From Octopus sinensis (Eukaryota), in the NCBI RefSeq assembly GCF_006345805.1, contig NC_042997.1, positions 150,784,001-150,848,000 on the forward strand: 64,000 nt of DNA, given 5' to 3'. Of this stretch, positions 1 through 17,732 are shown piece after piece (positions within the stretch are counted from its first letter, which is position 1; every line of letters begins with the position of its first letter). Position numbers and translations under genes: made by a program. The notes below the pieces were generated by a model. It did not search any database, was not told where the DNA came from, and saw only the letters and a list, made by a program, of their open reading frames with translations.

Positions 1-99
1 TTAAGTGAGTGCAGTATATTAGAGCAAAAGGAATATAAGCTCAGCCATGAATGTGTAAGCAAATGAACGAGTTGGAATATTAGCTGAGAGTGTAGCTTC

Positions 100-540
100 A
101 AAGCAATAAAAAAGCAGAATGTGATAGAACATGAGAAATACAAGATTGTCTGGGACGTCACCATAATGGTGGACCATATATCTGAGACTAAACGACTAAT
201 CATGATTAAAGAGGACAAAGTATACAAACAGCGTTAGATAATAAATTTTGCAATTCCCTACGATACCGGCGCTGATACCAAATAAATTGCAAAGCAAAGA
301 AAAAAATAAAGAAATCAGAAATATCAGAATCTAGCCAGAGAGTTGGGAAGATTGTGGAAGATCAAGACAACTGTTATTCCTGTAGTAATTGTTGTTCTTC
401 ACACATCTATTAAAATACCGCTTAAAAACTGAAAGAAATTGGAACTCGAACTCGTTTTTTTTGTTGATCTGCAGAATAGTACCGTCATATGTTCTGAAAT
501 AATTCACAGAAAGTTTCTCGAGATATGTGGAGACTTGTTC
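100..540 (+). mobile_element. 3' fragment of an R4/Dong-type non-LTR retrotransposon (restriction-like endonuclease domain), decayed
   Basis: From 121 one frame reads VIEHEKYKIVWDVTIMVDH...IINFAIPYD...KYQNLARELGRLWKIKTTVIPVVIV with in-frame stops, matching the RLE C-terminus. Confidence 0.75.
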
Positions 541-600
541 TCGCCAAATCTCAAAATAAAATAACCGCCAACTAAAACAGAGTGAACTAGCGAAATGATA

Positions 601-814
601 AGGATCCTTTCTACTATAGGCACAAGCCCTGAAATTTGACCAAATGAGGCAAGTTGATTTCTTGAACCCCGCTGCTCGACTGGTACTTATTTCAGCGACA
701 GCAAAAAGATGAAGGAGAAAGTCGATTTGGTGGTATTTAATCTCAAGGTATACAGACGAACTAAATGTCGCTAGGTATTGTCCTGTGTGCTAACAATTCT
801 GCCGACACATCGCC
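601..814 (-). mobile_element. tRNA-derived SINE, family 1
   Basis: Reverse complement aligns to the copies at 12909 and 22043 (ggcagaa.tgttagcac...gtcgacttt...cttcatc...taagtaccag). Confidence 0.75.
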
Positions 815-825
815 TAAATAAAATA

Positions 826-855
826 ATAATAATAGTAATAGTATTAATAATAATG

Positions 856-903
<48 letters not shown>

Positions 904-975
904 TAATAATAATAATAATAATAATAATGATGATAATAATAATAATAATGATGATAATGATGATGACGACGATAA
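826..975. repeat. (AAT)n/(ATG)n microsatellite
   Basis: Directly visible; explains ORF 761..985. Confidence 0.95.
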
Positions 976-1094
976 TATGAAGCATATTACTTCCCTTGTT
1001 GACAATGTAGAGAGAAAGTTTACAGATCCATTATATTCACACCACCAAAATTATCACAAGGTATTTGAACAACTGAAGTTTGATCTTAAAGTAG

Positions 1095-1420
1095 CAGCAA
1101 TAAATGACATACTGATAGGAGATTGATCAACCGTGATGAACAACCATAAAGACGTGCAGCTATATGGCAATATTTCCGCGAAATGGATATCCTATATACA
1201 AATAAAGATTATGTTTGGAATTGATGCACAAATCTATCGAGAATGTAATAGTGGGAGCAATAAAATTTACGATACGATAAAGGAAGAGGCTTTCGCCATA
1301 AGATATATCGAATGGAATATCTGCAGCTCCTACTATACAGATGATAAATGTGTGTTATTGTTGACTGTTTGAAGCATTTCCTGAGACAATGCACAACGTT
1401 GTATCAGGATGTCCTGTTCG
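1095..1420 (+). mobile_element. Old RLE-type non-LTR fragment (CCHC zinc-knuckle region)
   Basis: EAFAIRYIEWNI...DDKC then, after a frameshift, PETMHNVVSGCPV, resembling the CxxC..ET..H..SGC motif of R4/Dong elements. Confidence 0.5.
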
Positions 1421-4400
1421 ATCTCCCACTTAACTTACTGAAGGGAAAACAACTGTAATGCCACTCTAAGTACGCCTACCCACCAAATTACAACTGTTTC
1501 AAGAAAATTGTGTTAATTAGAAGAACCTCAGCCCATCTAATTCAGTTTTAAAATACGATAAGGCTCGATCATAATGCAGTTGAGCAAGACGTACATAACA
1601 GTCCTGCTATCATTTACTATGAAATTAAACAGGACAATGCCATATTCTTGACACCACAATACCTACTGTCTATAAATTTGCGATGAAATGAGCGGTAAAT
1701 CTACGTTGCTGAAACATGTAGCCGTTAAACTAGATACGTTATGGTAGCTACGTACTGTATCTAACATTTTATTTATAGTTGGTACTAGAGAAGGATACAA
1801 CGAATATTCTGTAGATATAGTCATATAGGCCCTCAATTATAGATTCTGTAGATGTCCAGAAAATATAGTAAGACCTGTAATCATTCTTTGGTTTTTCTCG
1901 GAGAGCCATATTTAAAGAATGTGATTGTTGCTGAACATATCTTGTGACTGAACATTTTTCTTTTACTGAAATCTATTTTTATAAACATTGAACTCTTTGT
2001 GATTTTCCAGCCATATTCCAGAAGGTAGGCATAACACTTGCTCGAAAACTGGAAACTTCTCAAGTAGAATTCTAATTATTATTAGGTGGAGGAGGGGAAT
2101 ATAAACATGGCGTTCAGTTATCATATAACTCAGTAAACGTGTACACAACACATGTCATTTTATCAGCAACACTCTAAAGCCACAAACATCATATCTAATA
2201 AGCGATACCAACAGAGATTTCCACTCAAATTTTATGCTAACCTTTTACATATGCAATACTAAAATGTTTCTCACGAATAACAGAGACAAAGATCTCAGGT
2301 TATTAAAGCTGCGTATTTTGCAGAAAATATACGCAATACTCATTTTCTTAAATTAAATACCAAAATGAATTATTTCTTCAATCTTTTTAATCACTAATTC
2401 ACCAAACCTCGCACATTTTCAGATCGTATGCACACTTGAATTTCACCTCCCACATATAATCTTATCATTCTCACGTTACAGATGAATATTTCCTCCACAT
2501 CTACATCAAACATTGAGGAGATTGACCTCAAATGAACTGAATTGATATAGTGACTACAAATATTTTCCTAGTCACTAGAAAAATTAGAAAGCATGAAATA
2601 CAATGAAGAATTCATATAAACATATTACCTACTGAAGAAACAAGACTAGGAATTAAATTCAGTGTGTAATGATAACAATATATACCAGACGTTATAAACA
2701 AAACAAAACATGCTAAGTTTCCTCAGCAGATAGAAACTGTAACAGATGTGCATGAACAATCCATGGAAACTATCAAGAATTACACTATCTTGAATTAATC
2801 TTCATTTCATCCTATTATAATAACATCCTATTATAAGTAAAATATACGAATATAGACCAGAACACTTCCTGCGATAAATATTTGCACGCAGGCCCTACTG
2901 TTAGAACACTTAAACAATAAAAGAAAATAAAAAATTATACTTGCTGATGAAATATATTGATATCACTACAAGCTGCAAGTTTCCCACACACTGTCTTGTA
3001 TTATCACGTCTAAACAAATAGACCCTTCTGCAATATATCGCATCTCTGAATTTATCTTTCCTGAGGACTCTATCTCTCAATTTCAGGCAAAACAACATGG
3101 AGATATAAGCGACAGAATCACAGCAGTCTGAGAAACACCAAATACTAATGGGCATGTACAACATGGATCGTAATTTCAAACGAATTGAATATCTCACAAT
3201 CTAACTGAGCCCATTTTCACGCCATATTAGTGGCCACTACTAGCATCAACAGACTTATAGAAATATGAAGGAACGTTATACATCAGAATCTTAGTGCCAT
3301 GCAGCTCTTTAAAGGATTCAACATTGCGTGTCAATGTGTTCAGTGTTATATTCATCGGGGTGAAATCATGGTATATTTGTTTCAATATATCTATGCTTCG
3401 TACCAAATAGGTAACTCTAAATAAATATCTCTAAGTTTCATATAACACTTCATTTAAATTTAAAATTTTCCACCAAAATATCGATAAGAATTGCAAATAT
3501 ATTTATATCCAAATGTATTTAGTTGCAATAACAGCAACAACAATTGTAACATTTGCAGCATCGGTTGAACTATCAACCGTGTCACTGCATGCGGATTCTA
3601 TGTGCTACAAGCAGCAGCAAATATTTTTTAATAACATTTAACTGTAGATATACACAAATCCAAAATAGAATGTTTTAAATACAGTTCTATATTTAGAATA
3701 TTTTTGCTCATGAATCTCAAATCAGGTCTGAATTGGGACAATCGGGAAAAAAAACTAACGTCAGTTAAAACAGAAAACGTGACTATAAAACAACAACATA
3801 TGTAATTTCAACAACAATTAAATATGACAGTCATTAATAAGTACTCGATCACGTTGAAGTTTCTGACATAGTGCAGGGCTAAGACTCGGTAGGAGGGTAA
3901 ATAATTTGAATAGACATACCACAGCATGTGGCTGACTTCAAAGTGTCTTGCATCCTTAAATTAATGAATTACAAAATAAGCTACCGCAACACTTCAAATC
4001 CTAACGTATAAAATGTAGCTAATGCCCCAGTGCGTTTAATTCTATACCCTATTTCTCTCAGGTTTCTCCCCATTAAAATAGAGTGTGTATCTGTCGGATT
4101 AAACAATGAATAACGGAGTTGTTTGTTGCATGGACTTGCCTATTCATTGAGTTATTCATTGTTTGTATATTCTACAAACAATTGCATCCCCATATAATGT
4201 AGAATTATTAAGCAATTGTCTGCGATTAGACTGACTGTTTGAATTATAGTAGAGTCCTGTCACATATTTCCATGCAGTGTTCACATGCCCACTTTCATTC
4301 GCAAGGAATGGATGAAATCAAAAATATAGTTAAATTATAACACGCAGTGGTATACGACCTGTCTACTTTATACCTGAAAGTGGAAATTTCAAACAAACTA

Positions 4401-5431
4401 CCTTGCCTGTGTAGTCTTGAAATAAATATATTTGATATATATAATTATATTGATCCCAGTGCTTAAGTGCTAGTCATTCTATCGACATTCAAGGAGTATA
4501 AATATATGCCTTATTTGGTTGTGTTTAACGACAGGGCGTGGAGACACCTAACTAAAGACTGCAAAAGTGGTATTTGACTGGTTGTTGTATGATGGTAGTT
4601 ACGTGGGTTCCCACTTTTGCAAAGAAACCTTGCCAAATATCGTCGAAACTTCCCTTTAGCGGAAATAAAATAAGAAAGAAAACTATGAGTGTTAACGACT
4701 AGAAGGTATTGGTTCACAGATCACTGTTGCGGAATGGCACAAAGATACGTCGAGGTTAAATCGCTATGTTTACTTTTGTACCTGACGGATACTAACGTAG
4801 AACTGTAGAGAAAAGTCGCTTTATCGAGAAAATATCTTGTTTAAAGGGACGTAATTACTTAGAGCACGGTATTTCTTTTTCAGCTATTTTAACGATTGGG
4901 GTTTCCAACAAACAGCTTCCGAATGATACAAAACTAATATCGTTCTTGTTTTTGTTGTTACTGCCGCTATTGCTACAGATAGTGATGATGATAAATATCA
5001 TTATGACGTTGATAGGTAAGATAATACAGATGGTGATGGCGATGGGAATGTGGGTGAGTAGGTAATGTTGTTAATAGCAATAACGTTAATGATGGCGATG
5101 ATGACTATGACGCCAATAACAAAAACAGCTGCAGTGATGGTAAGTATGATGATGGGGACGATATCGAGGATGAGGAGGAGTAGCATGAAGAAAAGGAAGG
5201 GTGATGACGAAGAAGACATTGATTATGATAAAAAGGAAAAAATAAACATGAATTTAGGCTGGGTTATTGGTGGGTATTAGCGGTGAGGGAAAAATAGATA
5301 AAATTTCAATTAGAGTCATGCATTGCTGACCTAGGTAACGTGTGGCCAGTCGCCGGGAGTGTGTTTTACTGTGAATAGCTAACTCGTAGATAAAATACAG
5401 GTCGATGTTAAACAATTGGCCGCCCAGCCTC

Positions 5432-5436
<5 letters not shown>

Positions 5437-5471
<35 letters not shown>

Positions 5472-5760
5472 CAACAACATAACGACATCAACAATAACAA
5501 CAACGGCGACTACAACAACTAGAGCAACAACAACAACAACAAGAAACGCAACAGCGACAGCAAGCCAGCATAAACACTAGCTTTACTACCTAGAGTAGCA
5601 ACAACTAAGGCAGAAGTGAGTACAGTAGCAGAAGCAAATGCGAAAGCTAAATCAAAAACAACAGCAACAACAATTGCAACTACATCGACAATAATAACAA
5701 AAACAATACCATCGAGCGCAACCACAACAACAACAACAGCAACAACAATAATAAAAATGG
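5437..5760. repeat. A28 homopolymer followed by (CAA)n-rich low-complexity tract
   Basis: Directly visible. Confidence 0.9.
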
Positions 5761-6319
5761 CAGCTCTAGGAGCAAAAGCCATCGTAAAACCGGCAACAGT
5801 ATCAAAATCAATGAATCTGCTGGTTTTTCATTTATTAATGTTTCACTTGACACGCCTGATGTATCATCTAACCGGGCGCTTTTCAGCTGGGAAGTTCAAG
5901 CCGGTGCCACTGCGCATGCGTTTATACACATTTGTACAATTATTGGTGTTTTATAGTTTTGCTTTATTTAGTTTTCTTTTCTGTCTTTCTATCGTTTTTT
6001 TCCTCCATATTTGTCTGTGTGCAAACATAGAGATATGATTAGCCAATAGTTGGTTGGATGGTTGGATAGTTCGTTTGTTGTATTTGTTATGTTTTCTTTT
6101 TTTATGTACGTTTTCTTTGTTTTCTTCAATGAGTGTTTTGGTTTTAGGGTAAATAGGCTTGCATATGTCTGATTATATGTGCGCACGTTTTTCTTTTTTT
6201 ATGTGTGTGAATGCGACGGTGTGCTTAGTAGAAGAGTGTATGTGTGTATGAAAGTGTTTATATATGTATGTATGCATGTGCCAATGTGTGTTAGGGCAGG
6301 TGTGTCCATAATTATGTAG

Positions 6320-6485
<166 letters not shown>

Positions 6486-7759
6486 GCGACCAGTGCTTGG
6501 AAATGGCGCATATTATTAACAATAGCGGAAGTGTAATGTACGGTTTCAATTCCTCGGTTGAAATGTCCATGCACACCCCCCATCTACGTTTATCATTTTA
6601 AAGAAGACAGCAGATGGTTGTATATAAGCATGAATATATGAATAGGAACCTATTCTGTTATCGAGTAGCTTTCTGCCATTTTGATATCAAATTTGAACAC
6701 AAGGCAAAAGCATGATTATAAATAAATATGGAATACGAATGTATTCAAGTATGCGTCATCCAACCAGAGGATTTACTATTAGAGAATTTCAACCCTATTA
6801 TGATGAAGTAAACACCTAACTTTAAAGATTATAATTCTAACACATGGCCTGATAATAAATTCGATCAACCGTCAAAATATATCTTGAATCAACTAGTGTT
6901 GTGGAGATTATCATTTGCTGATGTAAATCGGTGACACGATGGTAATGATAATTTTCCATGCTAAATATTACTATGGACTATTTCTATAGATTTTAGAGTG
7001 TTAAAAGTATGTCCTGTTTATACCAATTTCACAATGGAATAAAAGGTATAGATCAGCTAGACAGCACAATTTCAAACGTCATTATACTCCCATGTGCAAT
7101 AGTTTACCTTACATTAACAGTCACTTCGAAATTGTAATTCAAAGCTTTTGTTGCCCCCAACCCCTGTAACCAACTCAGCACTTGAAAAATACTTTGCACA
7201 GATTTAGCTTGTAGTTCTCCTACGTAAATTACTTATGTGTCTACATGTGTACATTTCTCACTGAAACTTACTTTGTGCTTGTATCTATAGGTTTTAGCCG
7301 CAAGTGCTTTCCTTGATTAAAGTATACTTGGTACATGAGACAGACTCAACCGACCGGCATTCCTCAATCTGGGCTGAAAAAGAGGTGTTGAATAGCTGAC
7401 CATTCACGTATCATTATGTTCCCATCTGCCGTTTATTAACCAACATTTTATGTTGATGTGAAAATGTATTTAAAACAACTGTTGTTATGGTTATAACTGC
7501 CTCAGATTCATTGCTAAATGTTTTACTGTTATATCTACTACATAGATGGCTGGCTTACCAGCAAAGCCTATTTCACATGCTGATAATTTTTATCGCGTAT
7601 ATACAAAGAATTTAACTGTCACTCTCAACAGTGTAGCTGTGTCAAAGTGTTAAAAGTGTGGAATTGTGGTTTGTACCTGAGTTTGAATTAAATTACGAAT
7701 ACACACACAAACACACAAACATAGGTATATATATATACATACATATATATTCTATTATA

Positions 7760-7965
7760 CTTTTATTCCTTTACTTGTTTCAGTCATTTAGCTGCGGCCA
7801 TGCTGCATCACCGCATTTAGTCGAATGAATCAACCCTAGGGCTTACACTTTGTGAGCATAGTACTCATTCTATTGGCTTATTTTGCCAAATCGGTAAGTT
7901 AAATACACCAACATCGATTGTCAAGTGATTGTGCGAGGGGGGTGACAAACACAGACACATAAATG
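7760..7965 (-). mobile_element. SINE family 2, 3' half
   Basis: Reverse complement matches 18265-18478 (cttgacaa.cgatg.tggtg...gcatggccgcag...tgactgaaacaagtaaa). Confidence 0.7.
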
Positions 7966-8052
7966 CATATGTATATACATACATACACACGCACACACAC
8001 ACACACACCTATATGTATATGTATACATATATATATATATATATATGTATAC

Positions 8053-8104
<52 letters not shown>

Positions 8105-8203
8105 TTTGTATCGTCTATGTGGATGAATTGTTGTCCCCTTTTGTATCACCTAGTTGTCCGGATGTTTTGCGTTATTGTCCTATTTTGTATTTTATTTTAT
8201 ACA

Positions 8204-8243
<40 letters not shown>

Positions 8244-8344
8244 TATGTATATCCTTATGTATATATATATATAACAAATATAACTTTAAAGATAACTATT
8301 CTAACATATGACCTGTTAGAATATATATATATATATATATATAT

Positions 8345-8628
8345 GTCACTATCGACATTTTCGGCCAGTCAGACCGCTCGTACACTTGTGTGCAACTCCT
8401 CTCTATAGATGTTCTGCAACTTTGCATAGGCCATAACTTTGTCATGGTCAATCCGACGTTCACATGTTACACACTTTCCTCAACAGCGGACGTTAGCTAG
8501 AATGTTAAAACAAACTGCTCTTGCACAGCAGGGTTCAAGGTCAATCTGTGCCAAGCAGCTTCACTCTGTGTGCTCAAGGTTCGTTACTATGACGAGAGAG
8601 TGCTTACTTCTTGACCATACCTCGTATA
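8345..8628 (-). mobile_element. Mariner (Tc1/mariner) 5' end fragment
   Basis: Minus strand starts TA|TACGAGGTATGGTCAAGAAGT and aligns colinearly with 39205-39520 (catagtaa.gaa..., attgaccatgaca, aagttgcagaa, gcacacaagtgt.cgagcggt). Confidence 0.7.
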
Positions 8629-8629
8629 T

Positions 8630-8671
<42 letters not shown>

Positions 8672-9515
8672 ATAATTCTCTATATGCATAGTTTTATGTA
8701 TATTTGTAAACATACACACACACACACAAACGCAAACAGACACACACAAAACACAAACACACACACATACACACGTGAGATGTATGTATATATACGGATA
8801 ATTCTCTGTGCTTATTGTTCATACATTGGGGTATGCAGCAAATTAAAGATTGCATTAATTTTACTTTTACATCAATTTCATTACCATTTACATTTAATTT
8901 TCCTTCAGAGTTAATTATATAATAATATTAATTATGTAATTATCTGATTAATTCACAAAAATACAGAAGTGAAATACAGCTAGTGTGCGTATTAGAATGT
9001 CGCAGCTAAAATACGTTATCTACTTCTCCACCGACTTCATATGAAGTGACTAGGAAAGGAAAAAAGCGTGTGTTTATGAGTGAGTCACCTTATTTAAATA
9101 TGTGTACCCTTTATGTCTGTACGTATGCATGTATGTATGTATGTATGTATGAATGTATATAAGTATGTATGCATGTATGTATGAATGTATATGTAAATAT
9201 GTAAATAATTATATTCATAAGCAAAAACGCTAGTTCTAAAATCTCTCTAATATGTACATGTATATGTATATAAAATTGTACGTATATACATAAATATATG
9301 TATAATTTTTATTTACTACAGTTATTTGACAGAAACCATGCTAGAGCACAGCTTTAGTCAAAGAAATCAGCTGCAGAACTTATTTCTTGTAAGCTTAGCA
9401 CTTATTCATTTGTTGTTAATACATTTTTGTCTGTTTTGAAAATATCAGCACATGTTTGCAACGGTTTCTCGTATGAGACTGACGAACGAAGTTGAGTATA
9501 ACCCTCGGCGATAAA

Positions 9516-9571
9516 AGCCACTGATGAGAATTAAGTTGGTCTACACTAAAATTCAAAATCGCGATACGGCT
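9516..9571 (+). ncRNA. Type I hammerhead ribozyme motif, PLE-type, one core substitution (G12A)
   Basis: agcca-CTGATGA-gaatt...aattc-aAAA-tcgcga-TA-cggct; 5-bp helix II, palindromic helix III ATCGCGAT. Confidence 0.65.
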
Positions 9572-9770
9572 ATATATGCAAGGGACTTACTTCCCTATGT
9601 CAGTCACTAAGTATAGTGCTTTAGAGGCTTTGGAGTTAATTAAACACTTTTTTAGCATAAACGGTGCTTGGCAGCACTCTCTGTCACTTTTGTGATCTCT
9701 ATCAATGTTGCCATTAGGTTCTGATTTCTAATAAGCCATCGTTTTAATTCCTTAATTTGCATATATATAT

Positions 9771-9803
<33 letters not shown>

Positions 9804-9804
9804 G

Positions 9805-9960
9805 ACAGGCTTCTTTTAATTTCCATCTACCAAATCTACTCACAAGTCTTTTATCGGTCCGGGGCTTTAGTACAAGAAACCTGCTCAAAGTGATATGCAG
9901 TGGGATTGAAACCGGAATTATATGGTTGGGAAGCAAGCTTCATACCACATAGCCACGCCT
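9805..9960 (-). mobile_element. SINE family 2, tRNA-like 5' half
   Basis: Reverse complement matches 18030-18170 and 38965-39110. Confidence 0.7.
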
Positions 9961-10091
9961 CAATTTTCAACCGGCATCGCAAATAGACAGGGCACAGAAA
10001 CAAATTGTAACTTATAAAAATATGTGAAAGAATTTTTCTTTGTCTTCTCCTTTTCAGTGTATACATACATATATATATATATATATGTATG

Positions 10092-10123
<32 letters not shown>

Positions 10124-10682
10124 GATGTACATATGTTTGTATGTATGTATGTATGTATGTATGTATGCATGTATGTATAATATAATGCTGGTGAATATAT
10201 GTGTTCTATAAGGTGAGTATTTACATTGGTAATATGTGCGTATTACATCTTATGGCTTTTGCGATATCGCATTGCAAATGCATTAGTATGTGAGAAAAGT
10301 GGTGTCTAAATGGATATTGCAGGATCCTGTAATCTGTTCAGATAAATATCAAATGTTAATGGTAATAACAATGATTATGATGGAAACCGTTATAACAACT
10401 ACGATTCATAGAACAGCGAATTTGAGTATAGAGTAACGATGATGGCGATGAAGTTGATGCCGATGGCAAAATTCGACAAACATTATTAAAGCGGACCAAA
10501 TGGTTAGAAGGATATCTATCAGCTCTTTATTTCTGAATTGAAATGTCACCAATGTCAGCCATTCGGTGCCGATGAAAGTGTAGGTGAAGTATTGAGGTGA
10601 CTAATCGTCTTATGAACTACTCGCTAAAATTAATACTCATCTGGCCACATTTGAAACTAACCTCATCATCATTATCTTCACC

Positions 10683-10685
10683 ATG

Positions 10686-10726
<41 letters not shown>

Positions 10727-10814
10727 CAGCAGCAGCAGCATCAACATCGTCATTGGCATCGTTGCCATCGTCCCCAGGATCCTTACTACTACTATCTTAT
10801 TTTTATACTTCTGC

Positions 10815-10859
<45 letters not shown>

Positions 10860-10872
10860 TATTATTATTATT
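10683..10872. repeat. (ATC)n and (TTA)n microsatellites
   Basis: Directly visible. Confidence 0.95.
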
Positions 10873-12062
<1,190 letters not shown>

Positions 12063-12080
12063 AAATATTATTATTATTAT

Positions 12081-12620
12081 ATTTTGGAGTTTCGCTTTGT
12101 ATTTGTACAAGTTGGCTTCAAGTCTCACTCAAAAACCTCAAAAGACTACAAGTTAGAAGTTCATACTGGTGTTATGCCTAGGGTCTCACACATTTGGTTT
12201 TGCACATAGTATTGTAGGATATTGGCAGTTCCCATGAGCACAATCTTTTGAGTGTCTGCCAGTTTGGGGGTTTCCTGGTAGTTGAACTAGGTGGCAATCA
12301 GCACCTTTTGTTATCATTCCTAGGGCACATATTACAAGACATATTGTTTTAGTCTTGATGTTCCACATTTTGCAAATTTCTATTTCAAGGTCTTTATAAT
12401 TATTCATTTTTGGTATGTCTTGACAGATACAGTTATGTCGGTTGGGACAGTCATATCAATAAGGAGGCATGATTTAAGGTCTGAAGTCTTTCAATATAAT
12501 GTCGCATCTATCTTTTTGTCAGTTTGAATGGTGAAGTTCCAGGGGAGTGAAATTTGATCATTTTCAAGCACTGGTGGTGGTTTGTCTTCCCACCAGTTTT
12601 TATCTTAGGGCAGATCTAGA
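12081..12620 (-). mobile_element. 5'-truncated R4/Dong-type RLE fragment (second family)
   Basis: WWEDKPPPVLENDQISLPWNFTIQTDKKID...SCLLIDMTVPTD...YKDLEIEICKMWNIKTKTI..VICALGMI; flanked by (TAA)n. Confidence 0.85.
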
Positions 12621-12644
12621 TTATTATTAATATTATTATTATTA

Positions 12645-12703
<59 letters not shown>

Positions 12704-12740
12704 GTTGTTGTTATTGTTGTTGTTGTTGTCGTTGTCGTTA

Positions 12741-12783
<43 letters not shown>

Positions 12784-12857
12784 CATTATTATTGCTGTTG
12801 TTGTTGTTGTTGTTATTGTTGTTGCTGTTGTTGTTCTTCTTCTTCTTCTTCTTCTTC

Positions 12858-12889
<32 letters not shown>

Positions 12890-12908
12890 TATTATTATTA
12901 TTATTATT
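12621..12908. repeat. Compound (TTA)/(TTG)/(TTC) microsatellite
   Basis: Directly visible. Confidence 0.95.
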
Positions 12909-13105
12909 TGGCAGAATCGTTAGCACGCCGGGCGAAATGCTTAGAGTATTTCGTGTGTTGCTACGTTCTGAGTTCAAATTCTGCAGATGTCGACTTTGCC
13001 TTTCATCTTTTCGAATTCGACGAATAAAAGTACCAGCGAAACACTGAGGTCGCTGTAATCGACTTACCTCATCCCACCAAGTTTTAGGCTTTTTGCCTCC
13101 ACCTG
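12909..13105 (+). mobile_element. tRNA-derived SINE, family 1
   Basis: ggcagaatcgttagcacgccgggcgaaatgctt...gagttcaaattc (B-box-like)...gtcgactttgcctttcatc. Confidence 0.85.
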
Positions 13106-13109
13106 AAGG

Positions 13110-14900
<1,791 letters not shown>

Positions 14901-15139
14901 ATATTGCCTTCCGCCACCAACCAAAATATGAGAAAAGAAAAACAGCGAAAAAAAGGAAAAGAGCACAAAGCAAAACAGGCCGAAAGAAAAGTGAAACAAA
15001 ATACAAAATTTACGATAACCCATCCTAATGAAATGTATCATTATATCTTTGCCTTTATTGATGTTTCATTTATTATTTATTTATTTATCCTATACATTTA
15101 TTTATTCCTATTACAGATTTTTCGAGTTTGTTTTGGGGA

Positions 15140-15141
15140 GA

Positions 15142-15205
<64 letters not shown>

Positions 15206-15228
15206 CATATATATATATATATACATGC

Positions 15229-15271
<43 letters not shown>

Positions 15272-15543
15272 TACATATATAATGTATATATATATATATA
15301 CATATATACATATATACATATATAATGTATATATATATATATACATACATACATATATACATATATATATACACATTATATATATACACATATGCATATT
15401 ATATATATATATATACATATATACATATATAAATACACACACATATATATATATGAGTATATACATATATGTGTGCGTGTACAAATACATATATATGTAT
15501 ATATATATATATATATACCTATATAACATTTAGCGATATACTG

Positions 15544-15575
<32 letters not shown>

Positions 15576-15579
15576 CATC

Positions 15580-15613
<34 letters not shown>

Positions 15614-15630
15614 CATATATGCATACATAT
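15140..15630. repeat. Degenerate (TA)n tract
   Basis: Directly visible; includes a local duplication of tacctatataacatttagc near 15515 and 15632. Confidence 0.95.
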
Positions 15631-16498
15631 GTACCTATATAACATTTAGCTATTCTTTTAAAAACCAGCATCATTATCTTCATCATCATCATCACTAACA
15701 AAAAATGCAACGATAAAAATTTTACACAACTATAATTAGCAAAAACACCAAGAGAGGAACCCTCTATCGATTATATTGCGCAACAACAATATTAATCTAC
15801 GTTTTTCAATATCGTGATTTTTATTTTGCTAGCTGGTCATTAATGTTTTTTTTTCTTTCTTTTAGAGCACAAAGAAATATAGTTAATTATGTTTATCTCT
15901 CGTTCTTTATTTATCCAACTTCTTCTTCCTCGTTTTTTTTTTGTTTGTTCGTTTTTTTTTTTTTTACTTTTTGTCATTTTCTCCTGCTACGTATATGAAG
16001 AGCCGAAGTGACATTGAGAACGAACTCGCGAAAGAGGGGAAAGAGATAGAAAAAGATGACTATTAGTAGTATTGGCCAACCAATAATTATGTACATGGAA
16101 TAGTTGGACCCTCAAGAGACAGAAGGGAAACCTACTCCAAATTACACCCTATTGTGCTAGGAAAAGGAATGGGGCAAAGAGTAAAATGCATTCAATATCT
16201 TACAATATCTTGCAGCGGCTACAATATTGCCATGACTCATGACATTTTCCAATATATTTCTACAGAAGTTCTTTGAAGTTTTCTTTTTGAGAACTGTAGT
16301 AATTGATTGTGACACCACAAAGATGCAGCGATATTATGAGAGTTTTCTTTAATATATCAGTCCATGCGTCTCTCTAATAGTAGCAAGCAGAGATGATGGC
16401 GTTAGTGTTTCCAGGGGGACTTGAAATATGTATAATTAATTTTGAGATATATATCACTTAAAACCTCAACATAACCCAAGGCTATGTGGAGGAATATT

Positions 16499-16928
<430 letters not shown>

Positions 16929-17249
16929 GGAAAAATTTATCAATAGTTATGTAACAATCTGGGAAAGAAGTACTCAGTATAAACTTATGCTAAAGTAGTT
17001 TACTTAGCTACTTCAGTAGCATTTTGTTCTTATATCCCTCGGCACACATTTCTGCTGACAAAAGCAATAAGAATAAAAGAAAGAAAACAAAAGAGAAAAG
17101 AACTACAGGATACAGAGGTATAACTAAATGAAACAACGGCATTAGGTCAAGACCGCTGTAAAACAAACTCAGTAACCCATACACGCACACACAAACACAC
17201 ACTCATACGCACGCGCCCGCACTTACACACAGAGAAATACATAGACACA

Positions 17250-17465
17250 CTGTGTGTCTTTGTGCTTGCTTTTGCCCTACTCTCACCGCTTTGCAACTGG
17301 TGCTGGTGAGTTTACGTCCACGGAACCTACGGTTTCGCCCAAAGTGTCTGTTTACATGATTTCCAGGCTTTGAAAAGATAGATAATGGTGTCGATACACT
17401 AGGCTAAAATTTCTTTGAGCCAGTGCTACAGCATGGCCGCAGCCATAATGACTAAAATAAAAAAA
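17250..17465 (+). mobile_element. SINE family 2, 3' half (diverged)
   Basis: tgctggtg.gtttacgtcc...cagcatggccgcag...atgact.aaa, as in 18265-18478. Confidence 0.6.
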
Positions 17466-17732
17466 AGATAAAGGTAAGAAAAATATACATATATACAGAA
17501 ATACAGAAATATATAGAAACATATACGTGTGTGTGTGTGCGCGTTTGTGTGTATGTATGTATTTATGTATATATGTATATTTTCTTACCATTTATTAGCA
17601 CTGGCTGAAATAAATTTTACTGGAATGTATCGATACCAGTACTTAACTTTTTAAAGGCTGGAACTCAAGTAAACTACTTCAACATAAGAGTTACTTCCCT
17701 TATATTTAATGGATTTTCGTAGCGTATGTTGC

